Below are positions 21,424 through 31,991 of a stretch of DNA of 64,000 nucleotides, piece after piece. The translations under genes were made by a program, and so were the position numbers. The DNA lies in NCBI GenBank assembly GCA_965198175.1, contig OZ240245.1, forward strand, positions 2,560,001-2,624,000. The letters are read 5' to 3'. The notes below the pieces were generated by a model. The model searched no databases. It had not been told where the DNA came from and was given only the letters and a program-made list of their open reading frames with translations. The stretch is from Candidatus Poribacteria bacterium (GTDB lineage Bacteria; Poribacteria; WGA-4E; PCPOR2b). Position 1 is the first letter of the stretch; each line of letters starts with the position of its first letter.

Positions 21424-22160
21424 CGAACAAAGTTGCTGTGATTACCGGCGGTGCGACCGGGATTGGTGCGGCGTCAGCAATCTGCTTTGCCCGTGCTGGC
21501 GCACAAGTGGTCGTCGGTGATATTAACCTCGACGATGGCGAAAAAACAGTCGCATCCATCCAGTCCGAAGGCGGTAACGCAAGATTTTTCCGCACTGACG
21601 TTACAATAGAAGCCGAAGTCGCTCATTTGATGAAGACCGCCGATCGAGTGTTTGGACGGCTTGATGTGTTGTTGACCTGTGCGGGCATCTTGCGGAGCCC
21701 CCACATTCGAGTAGATGCATTTGATGAAACGACATTTGAATCCGTAATCGACGTGAATCTTAAAGGCACATTTCTGTCGATTAAACACGTCGCACCAATT
21801 ATGGAACGCATGGGCGGTGGTGTTGTGTTATGTGTCGCGTCGGGAGCTGGCGTAACTAGTGGAAGTTCATCAGTGGCATACGGCGCCAGTAAAGGCGGAG
21901 TGCACGGGTTGGCGCTCACAATTACCCCACAGCTGACACCCCTCAATATACGGGTGCATACAATCTGCCCTGGCAACATCAAAACACCGCTGAAACTTAG
22001 CCAAATTGCTGAATCTGCTGAGCGGGTAGGCGGATCCCCAGAAGCCGCTGTTGAGAACGCCCGTCAATCGTTAGGCGAACCGTCCGGTGTTGCTCGCGTG
22101 CTCACCTTCCTCGCATCTGATGATGCTTCGTATGTGAGGGGCACAATCTACACGCGATAA
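21414..22160 (+). CDS. SDR family oxidoreductase
   Basis: TGGATGIG, YGASKGG. Confidence 0.92.
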   Translation: MQLTNKVAVITGGATGIGAASAICFARAGAQVVVGDINLDDGEKTVASIQSEGGNARFFRTDVTIEAEVAHLMKTADRVFGRLDVLLTCAGILRSPHIRVDAFDETTFESVIDVNLKGTFLSIKHVAPIMERMGGGVVLCVASGAGVTSGSSSVAYGASKGGVHGLALTITPQLTPLNIRVHTICPGNIKTPLKLSQIAESAERVGGSPEAAVENARQSLGEPSGVARVLTFLASDDASYVRGTIYTR

Positions 22161-22625
22161 AAAGGGGAGTCCGCCGCCTTAAGTTGTCGTCCCCGGGCTT
22201 TTACATTTCCCCGTTTCCCTCTCTGCATCTCTCCTTGAGTTATGGCATCGTTTGTTCGTCCAGGACATTACTGCGTTGTGAATCGGCGATGTTGAAGAGA
22301 TTCAATGCTTGAAACAAACGCCATTGGAATCTACAATCAAGCGTCTGAGGCTTTCCTTCGTTGTTTCTGAAGGGCGGTCGTATCTGTTGTGTCGTTTTGA
22401 ACATACTATATCAGCGGCAAAGCTTTTTCTTTCGCCTTATGACTACGAATGATATCTTCATTTAGAAGAAACCGCAGGAGAAAAGGAGGCGCAAAGTAGA
22501 CGAAGAGTTCAGAAATTGAATATATCCCACAGGAGTGAAACCCGAATTGTGATTTGTCGTATATGATGGTAAAGGGAGCAATTTACCCGTTCTATTGAAC
22601 AAATACTGACATAGGAGGAAATTTA

Positions 22626-22775
22626 ATGTTTAACGGTATTGAACTCTTCTTGGGGGTCGCATGCTCACTGATGGGAATTGCAGTAGGGTATGTGTTTCTT
22701 GTTACCTTCTTTGCAGGTCTGCAGTTTATTTCTAAACATCAATCAGAGAGCATTGCAAATGAAGATTCGTCATAA
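22626..22775 (+). CDS. Small 49-aa single-pass membrane protein (below the ORF-track cutoff)
   Basis: AGGAGG RBS; MFNGIELFLGVACSLMGIAVGYVFLVTFFAGLQFISKHQSESIANEDSS*. Confidence 0.6.
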   Translation: MFNGIELFLGVACSLMGIAVGYVFLVTFFAGLQFISKHQSESIANEDSS

Positions 22776-23023
22776 TTGGAGAGCATAATAGATAAGTTCA
22801 CAAAATACTTCCGAAAGCAGAGGTAGAAGTCATAGACGACCTAATCGCCAACTCTCCGATAGGGTAGAAATAGTTAGGAAAACACTTGACAGTTGCAATG
22901 GTCTTCTGATAGCATTTTCTATATATTTTGATTATGTTCTTCGTTGTCAAAATGGTAGGCATGCCAGACATAGTTTTGCGGCGTTCAATCTTCGTCCCTT
23001 TTGCCTTACGCTAGTGATAACGC

Positions 23024-23713
23024 ATGCTTTATAAGCAACTCCATCGGTGGGATATCACCTCCGAGGAAGGTCGCCACATTCAGAATGAACTGCGGGATCA
23101 AGTTATACGCGAAGATGGATTCGGCGAAATCAACCGGGTTGCCGGAGTAGATCTCGGTTTTAGACAAGACATTGCCCGCGCTTCCATTGTTGTGCTTAGC
23201 TTTCCAGAGCTACAGCCGGTGGATGGCGTTATTGCCGAGAGCCAAGTTCAATTTCCTTACATCCCGGGCCTATTGTCCTTTCGTGAAACCCCTCCGTTAC
23301 TGAAAGCCTTTGAACAATTGGATACAGAACCGGATCTCATCATTGCCGATGGACAGGGTATTGCGCATCCGAGACGTTTTGGGATAGCATCACATCTCGG
23401 TCTTATCTTGGACAAACCGACGATTGGTTGTGCAAAATCACGGTTGTGGGGAAAGCACAGTGTTCCACAAGGCGAGGCGGGATCGGTTACGTATCTCCAT
23501 GACAGGGAAGAAATTATTGGTGCAGCGGTTCGCACGAGATCTAACGTCAAGGAGGTTTTCATCTCGATTGGACATCGAATCTCCTTGGATTCAGCAATTA
23601 ACTTGACCTTAGCCTGTTGCCGGAATTACAGACTGCCAGAAACAACGCGATACGCTCATCATGCAGCATCTGGGAAATTTTGCATACAGAAAAGAGACGA
23701 AACACAAGAGTAA
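23024..23713 (+). CDS. nfi: Endonuclease V
   Basis: AGVD, FPYIPGLLSFRE, DGQGIAHPRRFGIASHLG, YRLPETTR. Confidence 0.96.
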   Translation: MLYKQLHRWDITSEEGRHIQNELRDQVIREDGFGEINRVAGVDLGFRQDIARASIVVLSFPELQPVDGVIAESQVQFPYIPGLLSFRETPPLLKAFEQLDTEPDLIIADGQGIAHPRRFGIASHLGLILDKPTIGCAKSRLWGKHSVPQGEAGSVTYLHDREEIIGAAVRTRSNVKEVFISIGHRISLDSAINLTLACCRNYRLPETTRYAHHAASGKFCIQKRDETQE

Positions 23714-23763
23714 CTTGCGCCCTTATAACGATGTGAAAGTGTTTTCAACGGATAGGAGTGTGG

Positions 23764-24939
23764 ATGAACATATTTTCAAAGCGTCTACATCGGTTGCCGC
23801 CCTATATGTTTGGTAAGCTCAAACAGTTGACCCATGAAAGACGGCAGCAAGGGGTTGACATCATTGATTTAGGGATGGGTAACCCAAGTCAACCAACACC
23901 TCAACACATCGTAGATAAGCTTTGCGAAGCAGCGCAAGAACCGCGCCACCATCGTTACTCCGCTTCACGCGGAATTTATAACCTGCGACGTGAGATTTCA
24001 TGGCATTACGACCGACGGTTTGGAGTCCAAATTGATCCGGAGCAAGAGGCAATTGCGGTAATTGGTACCAAAGAGGGGTTTGCTCATCTTGCATTAGCAT
24101 TGATTGATGAAGGCGACCTTGCCCTCGTCCCCAATCCAACCTTTCCCATCCACATCTACAGTATCGTTCTCGCCGGCGGCAGCGTTGTCAGTCTTCCGCT
24201 GCGGGAAGAGAACCAGTTTGTGCCGAGTCTTGATGAAATTGCTAGAGACATCTGGCCGAGACCCAAGGTATTAATCCTGAGTTTTCCACACAACCCTACT
24301 GGAGCCGTAGTAGACCTCGCATTTTTTGAGGAAATCGTTGACTTTGCCAAGAGACAAGACATTATCGTAATACACGATCTTGCCTATGCTGACATTGTCT
24401 TTGATGGCTATGAAGCACCGAGTTTTCTGCAAGCCAAAGGCGCTAAGGACGTTGGCGTTGAGTTCATTTCTCTATCGAAATCCTACAATATGGCGGGCTG
24501 GCGCTGCGGATTCGCTGTTGGCAATCAGGAGATTGTTGGCGCGCTAGCGAGGATTAAAGGGTACTATGATTACGGCATTTTTGCTCCCGTCCAGGTTGCC
24601 GCGATTATGGCATTGCGAACCCCTATGGATTTTCTGAAAGAAAATGCCGAAACGTATCGCCAGCGACGTGATGTCCTGGTAGAAGGTCTCAATCGAATCG
24701 GCTGGAAGATGCAAAAACCGAAAGCGACGATGTTCGTCTGGGCGCCAATTCCTGACCGATTTCGTCATCTCAGTTCAATGGATTTTGCAATGAAACTGCT
24801 TGATGAGGCTGAAGTTTGTGTCTCCCCCGGTGCTGGATTCGGACAAAATGGCGAGGGATATGTTCGGATTGCGCTCGTTGAAAATGAAGATCGCATCCGC
24901 CAAGCGGTACGACAGATTCGCCGCGCGTTGTTCAAATGA
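23764..24939 (+). CDS. Class I/II PLP aminotransferase (AlaC / LL-DAP aminotransferase-like)
   Basis: [32 protein letters not shown]. Confidence 0.9.
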   Translation: MNIFSKRLHRLPPYMFGKLKQLTHERRQQGVDIIDLGMGNPSQPTPQHIVDKLCEAAQEPRHHRYSASRGIYNLRREISWHYDRRFGVQIDPEQEAIAVIGTKEGFAHLALALIDEGDLALVPNPTFPIHIYSIVLAGGSVVSLPLREENQFVPSLDEIARDIWPRPKVLILSFPHNPTGAVVDLAFFEEIVDFAKRQDIIVIHDLAYADIVFDGYEAPSFLQAKGAKDVGVEFISLSKSYNMAGWRCGFAVGNQEIVGALARIKGYYDYGIFAPVQVAAIMALRTPMDFLKENAETYRQRRDVLVEGLNRIGWKMQKPKATMFVWAPIPDRFRHLSSMDFAMKLLDEAEVCVSPGAGFGQNGEGYVRIALVENEDRIRQAVRQIRRALFK

Positions 24940-25093
24940 AGCATTGCTAGAAGTGGTTGTTTAATGACAGATACAACTCAATGAAGGCTTGACAAAGGAA
25001 TATCTAGTGGTGGGATATAGTTGGGATTTGTCAAGTAAGTTCAGGCGAAGAATCTGGACATGCGATGCGACACACTTTGGAAGTTAACCTACC

Positions 25094-26176
25094 TTAAAAA
25101 AGCCCTGAGATAGAAATCCGCTGAGAATCGCCAAGGTCATGGGCGTTGAAGGCGTAATCCGCAAATAATTTTGCTTCGCCCAAAGGAAAGCGAAGCCCGG
25201 CACCAGCGGCGAGTTCATCCCCATCCGCACCAATGCGCAGTGCAATCACGTTAAACATCCAGTATTCCACACCATAACGGAAAATCACATTACTGCCGGA
25301 ATCCTCGCTATCCTCAAGATTCTCCCGGTTTGTTTCCAAGTCTGCACCCAACGTCACCTTACCGATAAGGGGAAGGGATATTTGGTAGGAGGTGCCGAAC
25401 CGTAGTCGAGGATCACGCGTGAACGTCGGGCGAGTCTCTGTGTTCCAACGAATCTGGGTACCAGTGGCATCTACTAAAGCCACGCCAATCCGCAAACCGC
25501 GATACGGACCAAGCAATAAGCCGAGATCGATCCCAAAACCACTTCCTCTGTTTTCAAAAATCGACTGTCTAAGTAGCTTCAAATTGCCACCGACTGCAAT
25601 GCGCTGATTGACTTGACGTGCGTAAGAGATTAACACTGCATTATCGGTATTACTGAAGGTCCCAGCAATGATCGGGAGATCGATGTATAGTTCCCCTGCT
25701 TCCTTGATTTTGTTGTTGTTCTTGTCATCAAAATCTCCCAAAATTCCATTACCATTTTTATCGACAAAAGTAGTGAGCGGGATGTCGTCCACACCGAGTC
25801 GAATCCAACTGATTCCAACGGTCCCGATGTTTTCAATCTGCTGAATATAATTGACAAAATTGTATTGCACCAATCCTTTGCCGAGAAACCGTCCTCCATC
25901 AATGCCAAAAGACTCCGAATACATAGCGGAAAAGGCGTGTTTTTTGATTTGGGCGAGTCCCGCCGGGTTCCAGTATGTTGCTGTAGCATCATCGGCGACG
26001 GACACAAACATACTACCCATCCCCAATGCACGGGCACCAACACCATGACTGAGAAACTCCGCCGCATGGCTTCCTTCATCCGCCGCTCCCACCCTTATGA
26101 ATACAGCCAAATGCCAAAACATCAGTGCGAACAGTAAGACAACTAGATACTTCTTGCGAAAAGATACGATTAACAT
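25094..26176 (-). CDS. PorV/PorQ-like (UPF0164) outer-membrane barrel
   Basis: FLSHGVGARALGMG...ADDATATYWNPAGL; C-terminal DYAF...LGDSQRISI. Confidence 0.85.
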   Translation of the reverse strand: MLIVSFRKKYLVVLLFALMFWHLAVFIRVGAADEGSHAAEFLSHGVGARALGMGSMFVSVADDATATYWNPAGLAQIKKHAFSAMYSESFGIDGGRFLGKGLVQYNFVNYIQQIENIGTVGISWIRLGVDDIPLTTFVDKNGNGILGDFDDKNNNKIKEAGELYIDLPIIAGTFSNTDNAVLISYARQVNQRIAVGGNLKLLRQSIFENRGSGFGIDLGLLLGPYRGLRIGVALVDATGTQIRWNTETRPTFTRDPRLRFGTSYQISLPLIGKVTLGADLETNRENLEDSEDSGSNVIFRYGVEYWMFNVIALRIGADGDELAAGAGLRFPLGEAKLFADYAFNAHDLGDSQRISISGLF

Positions 26177-26562
26177 AATTTTTCTTAATTGTAACTCCCG
26201 TCAAACGGATCGGCGAATCAGGGGCGTTTTAATCCTCGAATTTGGAGAAATACTTCCTTGACAGGCATTTGCACATTCCATACCTGTAAATCGTGTTTCT
26301 TGATAGTTGTAACGGCTGGGAAGAATCTTCATAAATTTACCTAGCTGCTACCTATCGAAAATCGAGGCATCGCCCCAGTTTTTTTGTCTTCTGCTCTACG
26401 CTCTGTTTATCATCCTTGCTCACTTGGATTACCAAATCCAAGCTTTATCCCAACTATGTTCAGTGGATCTGCCAATCCACTGCGGGCGAGGTAGCAACTT
26501 GGGACTATATTGTGAAGCGTGGATGTTACCCGTTTTTACGGTTTATCCTTTACGCGCCGCGC

Positions 26563-28047
26563 TCAGGTGAGCCTCAGAACAATATGCCCAAACTCAGACG
26601 CACCGGGTGAAGATCCAGCGAAAACTTCAGCTTCAAGTCCCCAAGCGAGTTTGTAGGCTGCGAGAATTTGGACAAGAGTGTTAGATACATCGCCATGGCT
26701 GAGTAAAGCAACAGTTCCACCACCTCCACCACCGGTAATTTTCGCACCGTATAATCCACCCCGCATTCCAATCTTCCGCGCCGATTGCACGATTTGTTCG
26801 ACTTGCGGTGAACCCAGCCCTACGCGAAAGCGGTAACTCCAGTTTGAAGCGTACATAAGTTCGCCCGCACACATCAAGGATGTTCGGACTTTCGCAGGAT
26901 TTTCACTTGCATTTTTTAGACACGTGATAAATTTTTGCACCCGGGCGTGCTCGTAAATCGGATGTTCGACGCGACTTCGAATTCGGTAGTTCTTTTTCGC
27001 ATCTACATGAGTTAGAGTATCCACAGTTTCACCGTACCGTTTGAGGAAGTCTTTGCCTTTCATCTCTGCTGGCAAGATTTTCCAACCTCTCTTCCGAAAA
27101 TTCTCCACAGAAAGTCTGCACAAGTAGTTGTCTCGCAATTCTTCTAGTTTCAACTCTTTTTGAAGGATTGCCAATCCCATAAATGCCGCAGTTCGTGCGT
27201 CAATATACGCCGGACTTGACTCACTCCGCCTTGACTTGCTGTGGATGCCAATCAGTTTCGTATTGGGAGGAATCGGCACAGCTTCAAGAACCTGATCAGG
27301 CTGGCAGAGAATCGAAAGGACTCTGTCCTGTTGTCCCGCGGCAGCGGCGATTCCAACCGTGATGCTGCGTGGCGTGCCAACGATTTGGTTCTCGACAATC
27401 TCTCCGAGCCGCGCAGTCTCGCGGGCGTTGAGGTTTAGTCCATACAGATGATTAATTGCGCTTAATGCAGCGACCCTAATCGCGAAAGAGGAACCCATCC
27501 CCGCGCCGGTTGGAATATTGCTTCTGATAACGACGACTGCACCGTGAGGAAACGCATCGACTTTTTTCTCCTTGAGAAGTACATAAAAACTGCTGAGAAC
27601 ATAGCCTGCCCATGAAGTTCTGGGATTCTGTGCGAAAAGTTGGCGAACTTGGGAAAAAGATTTGAGAATACCGTTTGTGTAGAAATCATCTAGAGAAATC
27701 TGGAAGCTAGAAGGATGGTTGTTCCCTTCAGTGTCATAAGTCAGTGCTTTTAATAGCCGATCCCTTCTCGCTTGGCTAGCTGCTACCGCTGCGCGTTCAA
27801 TCGTTGCCTCAAGAACGTTCGCACCACAATAATCGGCGCTACCACCCATCACATCAAGTCGCCCAGGTGCTCTTGTGACAAAAACCGTCCCCGCCTTTTC
27901 AAAACCAAATTCACCAAAAAGTTGACGGTCTTCATACCGAAGCATCGATTCAATCTCAAGGATGTCATCAGGTTTCTCTTCAGTCCCATAAATCTGCTCG
28001 ATTTGAATGGGTTTCCTTATCTCTTTGGGATCCGGGTAGACGTCCAT
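26563..28047 (-). CDS. GHMP sugar kinase (galactokinase/arabinokinase-like)
   Basis: RAPGRLDVMGG, IPTGAGMGSS, GAKITGGGGGG. Confidence 0.88.
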   Translation of the reverse strand: MDVYPDPKEIRKPIQIEQIYGTEEKPDDILEIESMLRYEDRQLFGEFGFEKAGTVFVTRAPGRLDVMGGSADYCGANVLEATIERAAVAASQARRDRLLKALTYDTEGNNHPSSFQISLDDFYTNGILKSFSQVRQLFAQNPRTSWAGYVLSSFYVLLKEKKVDAFPHGAVVVIRSNIPTGAGMGSSFAIRVAALSAINHLYGLNLNARETARLGEIVENQIVGTPRSITVGIAAAAGQQDRVLSILCQPDQVLEAVPIPPNTKLIGIHSKSRRSESSPAYIDARTAAFMGLAILQKELKLEELRDNYLCRLSVENFRKRGWKILPAEMKGKDFLKRYGETVDTLTHVDAKKNYRIRSRVEHPIYEHARVQKFITCLKNASENPAKVRTSLMCAGELMYASNWSYRFRVGLGSPQVEQIVQSARKIGMRGGLYGAKITGGGGGGTVALLSHGDVSNTLVQILAAYKLAWGLEAEVFAGSSPGASEFGHIVLRLT

Positions 28048-28162
28048 AAGATATCAGCTTCTATCCATCCTTGATTGCTTCGAAACTTCCTCTCAATGAG
28101 AACTGAAACGTAGAACTGCAAAACACTCAATTATCGCGTTCACCATAGGACACGTATCGCGC

Positions 28163-29767
28163 TTATGGATTCACTACCATGACAGTTTGTCCGTCTTTAA
28201 GGGAATGCTGACCCGCAGTAACAACTTGCTCTGCTTCGGAGAGACCACTAGCAATCTCAACGATTCCTCCCCACGATAGACCAAATTCAACGCGTCTGCG
28301 TTTGCCGAGACCGTCATCAACGACAAAGACGCTCCGAGTCTTTCTCACACTATCTTCAATTACCGCGGAACGAGGGATTAGAATTGCGTTTTCATGAATC
28401 GCGACAGTAACCGTCACCTTGGCAAACATACCCGGTTTCAATTTCATCTCCGAGTTATCAATTGTAAACTCAACCCCTGCAGACCGGCTGCTCGATTCAA
28501 GGATTGGGCTAATTAAGGATATTGTCCCAACCACCGGATTGGTCAGGGCATCGACATGAACCCAGCCTTGTCCGCGAACGTCTAGTTTGCTCAGATCCGA
28601 TTCAATCACGCTGACAACTGCCTTCACGGTGTCCATATCAACAATCTCGAAGATCGGCGCGCTTAATGTAGCCATCCCGCCGAGGTCGAGGTATCGATTG
28701 GACACAATCCCTGAGATTGGCGCCGTAATTGACGCATCATCTAGCCGCGCCTTGGCAAGATCTAACGCAGCTTTTGCGTGTGCCATCGTCGTTTCGACAG
28801 TGTTAATCTCCGCTTCCCAACTCTTGGCAGCTTCTAACGCCTCCGCGTTTGCGAGCGTGGCTTTTGCTGCTTCAACTTGTGATTCGGCTAGCGCTGTATC
28901 TTTCTCCCAAGTTTTTGTCTCCGCTTGTGTACGTGCTACCTTGAGTATGGCTTCCGCGCCCTCTACTTGAGCTTCCATTGCTCGGATGTCTTCCTCCCGT
29001 GCACCATTCTCAATGAGCCGCATCTGTTCAACAGCGACTTCATACTGAGCATTGGCGACATCCAATTGTGTTTGTGAACTCTCAAAGGACTGGGCACTGA
29101 TTGCACCGGTCTCAAAAAGCTTTTTCATGCGATTATAATTACTCTTTGCGTTAGTAAGGCTAGCTTCGGCTTGGTTCACCGCCGCTTGTGTCTGTTTTCG
29201 ATCCTCGTCTCGTGCACCACGCTTGATTTTCTCAAGGTTCGCCTGAAGTGAGGCTAGCCCGGCTTCTGCTTGTTCAGTTTGGGACAGGGTGCGTGTTTGA
29301 GCAAGATCTAAGACCTGTTGCAGGGAAGTTTCCGCGGCAGCGAGTTGAGCACGTGCTTGGGCAGCCTGTGAATCAACCCGAACCTTTGCAAGTTTTTTTG
29401 CTTGGTCATACGCGGTTTCCGCCGACTGGTGGGCCGCCTCCGCTTGACGTATTTGAAAGTCGAGTGTTTCATGTTCAATAATAGCCAGGCGTTCCCCTTT
29501 CCTCACACGGCTGCCTTCGTCAACACGCATCTCAATAATTATTCCGGCGACTTCGGGAAAAACTGTCACGTGTGAGTTTGCTTCTATTGTGCCGGACAAC
29601 TGTAACTCTTGTCGAATCTCCCCACGTCTAGCCTTTACCACCTCAACCGGTTTGGTGGTCGGAGCGACAACTTCCGCCGGTTTTGCGCGCTGGTTAGTGA
29701 CAAATCTGAGAGTAATAACCACGATAAAAACCAAAATAATGGCTGCGATAATCAATGCCTTTCTCAA
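28163..29767 (-). CDS. Efflux periplasmic adaptor (MFP) with an extended coiled coil
   Basis: N-terminal TM anchor, VDEGSRVRKG and ITAPISG lipoyl halves, LKPGMFA. Confidence 0.9.
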   Translation of the reverse strand: MRKALIIAAIILVFIVVITLRFVTNQRAKPAEVVAPTTKPVEVVKARRGEIRQELQLSGTIEANSHVTVFPEVAGIIIEMRVDEGSRVRKGERLAIIEHETLDFQIRQAEAAHQSAETAYDQAKKLAKVRVDSQAAQARAQLAAAETSLQQVLDLAQTRTLSQTEQAEAGLASLQANLEKIKRGARDEDRKQTQAAVNQAEASLTNAKSNYNRMKKLFETGAISAQSFESSQTQLDVANAQYEVAVEQMRLIENGAREEDIRAMEAQVEGAEAILKVARTQAETKTWEKDTALAESQVEAAKATLANAEALEAAKSWEAEINTVETTMAHAKAALDLAKARLDDASITAPISGIVSNRYLDLGGMATLSAPIFEIVDMDTVKAVVSVIESDLSKLDVRGQGWVHVDALTNPVVGTISLISPILESSSRSAGVEFTIDNSEMKLKPGMFAKVTVTVAIHENAILIPRSAVIEDSVRKTRSVFVVDDGLGKRRRVEFGLSWGGIVEIASGLSEAEQVVTAGQHSLKDGQTVMVVNP

Positions 29768-29795
29768 CTTGAAATCTCCGTCAATGTAATAGATT

Positions 29796-29961
29796 AGGAC
29801 TTACACAGTTAAACCTGCAAAGTCTCGGAGTTCGATGAATTCTTACCAGAGAACACAATGCAGACCCCATAAATCGGGTAAGACAAAGGGTCTTTGGGTT
29901 TGTAGTAGGGCACACAACATGCAACGTATTGCGGTACTACAAATGCAACTGCGTAAGTCTT
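29796..29961. mobile_element. MITE-like element with 15-bp terminal inverted repeats
   Basis: AGGACTTACACAGTT ... AACTGCGTAAGTCTT (13/15 complementary); internal TTGTAGTA..TACTACAA hairpin; no ORF. Confidence 0.55.
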
Positions 29962-29998
29962 TATAATATATTTAGAGTTTTTGGGTCGTTATTTTTGC

Positions 29999-31390
29999 CT
30001 AAACATCTAACTTTTGCCCGATAACCTTTTCCAATTTTTTCAGACCAACCACATAATCGTGTAATGATTGGAGACGATTGACTTCTGCCTGCGTCAGGGC
30101 AAGCTGGGCGTCGGTGAATTCAACGCTCGTGATTATCCCGTTTTCGTACCGTAAGTTCGCAATTCGCAAACTCTCCCGGGCTTGCTCAACCGTATTCCTC
30201 TGGACTTCAATTAACGCTTTTGCTTCAACCAAGTTGAGATAAGCAGATCTGACTTCAAACTCAATGGCGTCTATCAGTTGGTGTTTCCCAAGCTGCGCCT
30301 GTCTTAATGCTGTTTCCGATTGCTGAACCGCGGCTCGGGTTGCGAACCCATCGAAGATTGGAAAGTTTAGTGCAAAACCCAGATTCCAGATGCGGTTCAT
30401 TTCCCGCAATCTTTCATTATCATCAACCTGATAGTTGACAAAAAAGGCTAAATCAGGACGATTGCCCGCCTTCGCAACAGCAACGCGTTTCTGATTCGCC
30501 TGTTCATTGAACCCGAGTTGATGAACCTCAGGACGTTGCGTTTTCGCTGTTTGGATCAATGATTCAAGGTTCAGCTCAACGTCCGGAGCATCGAAATTGC
30601 CCTTGATGTTCACGTCTTCAGCGAGATCAATATTCAAAATGTTTTTATATGCGTTTCTCGCGGTTCGCGCCCTGTTTTGAGTGCGTATCAACTGAGATTT
30701 TGTGTTAGCTAGTTGCACCTCAGCTCGCAGAACATCGAATTTTGTGGCAGCGCCTGAATCAAAGAGATTTTGAGCGATTTGCAACTGTTTCTCGACAAGA
30801 TCAACCGTCTGTTGAGATACCTTTTCAAATTCCACGGCAAGCAGTATCCCGTAAAAGGCTTCAGAAACGTCAAGTGCAAGTTGGTTGTGAGTAGCTTCCA
30901 GCTCTTTTCGCACACCTTCTAAATTTATCTTTGCACTCTGGTAGTTGTAATAGTACCGTCCCCAGGCGAAAATCGGTTGTCTCAAGGCAGCCTCGCCGCG
31001 AAAATTCCGGTGGGCTCCGAATTCCAACTCTATGACGTCTGATGAATCAACGCTGTCTTCCACCTCTTGAAACTGCATGTTGTTTCCTATGCCGGGCGGC
31101 CCAAATCCGCCGCCCGCTTGAAGCACAGATTTCGCGAGATTAGGGGTATATGTATAGCTACTGCTAATTGAAACATTCGGCAGCAAGCCAGCACGGGCAG
31201 CACGTACCTGCGATTCCGCGGATTTTACACGTTCCCGAACGGTTTGACTTGTGAGGTTGGTCTGTTTTGCGATTTCCATACTTTCTTCCAGGGTTAAAGT
31301 TTTTGCTGCTTGAGCCGGTGGAGCGGAGCTCCACAAAATCAGCAGGGTAATCCCCGCGAAAAGATGTTGTTGGCGTTCTGACAAATACAT
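29999..31390 (-). CDS. TolC family outer-membrane efflux protein
   Basis: Signal peptide, LTLEES, two OEP repeats (QPIF / FPIFDG, RYENG). Confidence 0.92.
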   Translation of the reverse strand: MYLSERQQHLFAGITLLILWSSAPPAQAAKTLTLEESMEIAKQTNLTSQTVRERVKSAESQVRAARAGLLPNVSISSSYTYTPNLAKSVLQAGGGFGPPGIGNNMQFQEVEDSVDSSDVIELEFGAHRNFRGEAALRQPIFAWGRYYYNYQSAKINLEGVRKELEATHNQLALDVSEAFYGILLAVEFEKVSQQTVDLVEKQLQIAQNLFDSGAATKFDVLRAEVQLANTKSQLIRTQNRARTARNAYKNILNIDLAEDVNIKGNFDAPDVELNLESLIQTAKTQRPEVHQLGFNEQANQKRVAVAKAGNRPDLAFFVNYQVDDNERLREMNRIWNLGFALNFPIFDGFATRAAVQQSETALRQAQLGKHQLIDAIEFEVRSAYLNLVEAKALIEVQRNTVEQARESLRIANLRYENGIITSVEFTDAQLALTQAEVNRLQSLHDYVVGLKKLEKVIGQKLDV

Positions 31391-31991
31391 TCAACTCCTT
31401 CGATTGATTTGTAACGAACCACCGTGAGGGACTTCAATTTAGATCGGAACAGCTCCACCGGACGTAGCCCGCGGCTTGCTTTGTTGATGCAAGCTGTTTG
31501 CCTGATGAGGGGCAAAACTGCCGTGGTCACGAACTGGAAAAGTTCTCAGATTTTTCCACGAACGCAACAAGAAGTTGATTGTCTGTCGGTGCTGGAAAAG
31601 CTTTTCCGATCGCAGTATTACGTTACCCACAACAACGCCAAGGAGGGGAGTTTTGAGGATCGAACGAGAAATGAAAAAAGGGCATTAGCAAGACGATTCG
31701 CATCGGGGCAGACAGGTTTTTGTCTGCTACCAAAAGGCTGTTTTTCACGTAATAGAAATGTTAGCATGCTCGCAACAGGAATCGTGCCCAATAGACCATT
31801 CGAAGCAAAGAAATCCAAGCGATTGCTGACGAGGTGAAAACTCTCGTTCGATATCTCAACGTCATTTAGATTGCTTTTCGCTTCCTCGGAATCATCGCTT
31901 GCCACCAAGCCTCTTGGACGATGTTTCGCTGTAGGAAGGTCAAAGTTTACCTGAATCGTCTCAAACGCCTGCCGTTCCGAAAACGCGGAAG

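Noticed and set aside
22415..22545. c-di-GMP-I riboswitch (GGCAAA...GCGCAAAG)
   Set aside because: Spacing is far too long, and there is no GNRA loop or receptor stem
26200..26560. Cobalamin riboswitch (CTGGGAAG)
   Set aside because: The other conserved elements are missing and the orientation does not fit the downstream gene
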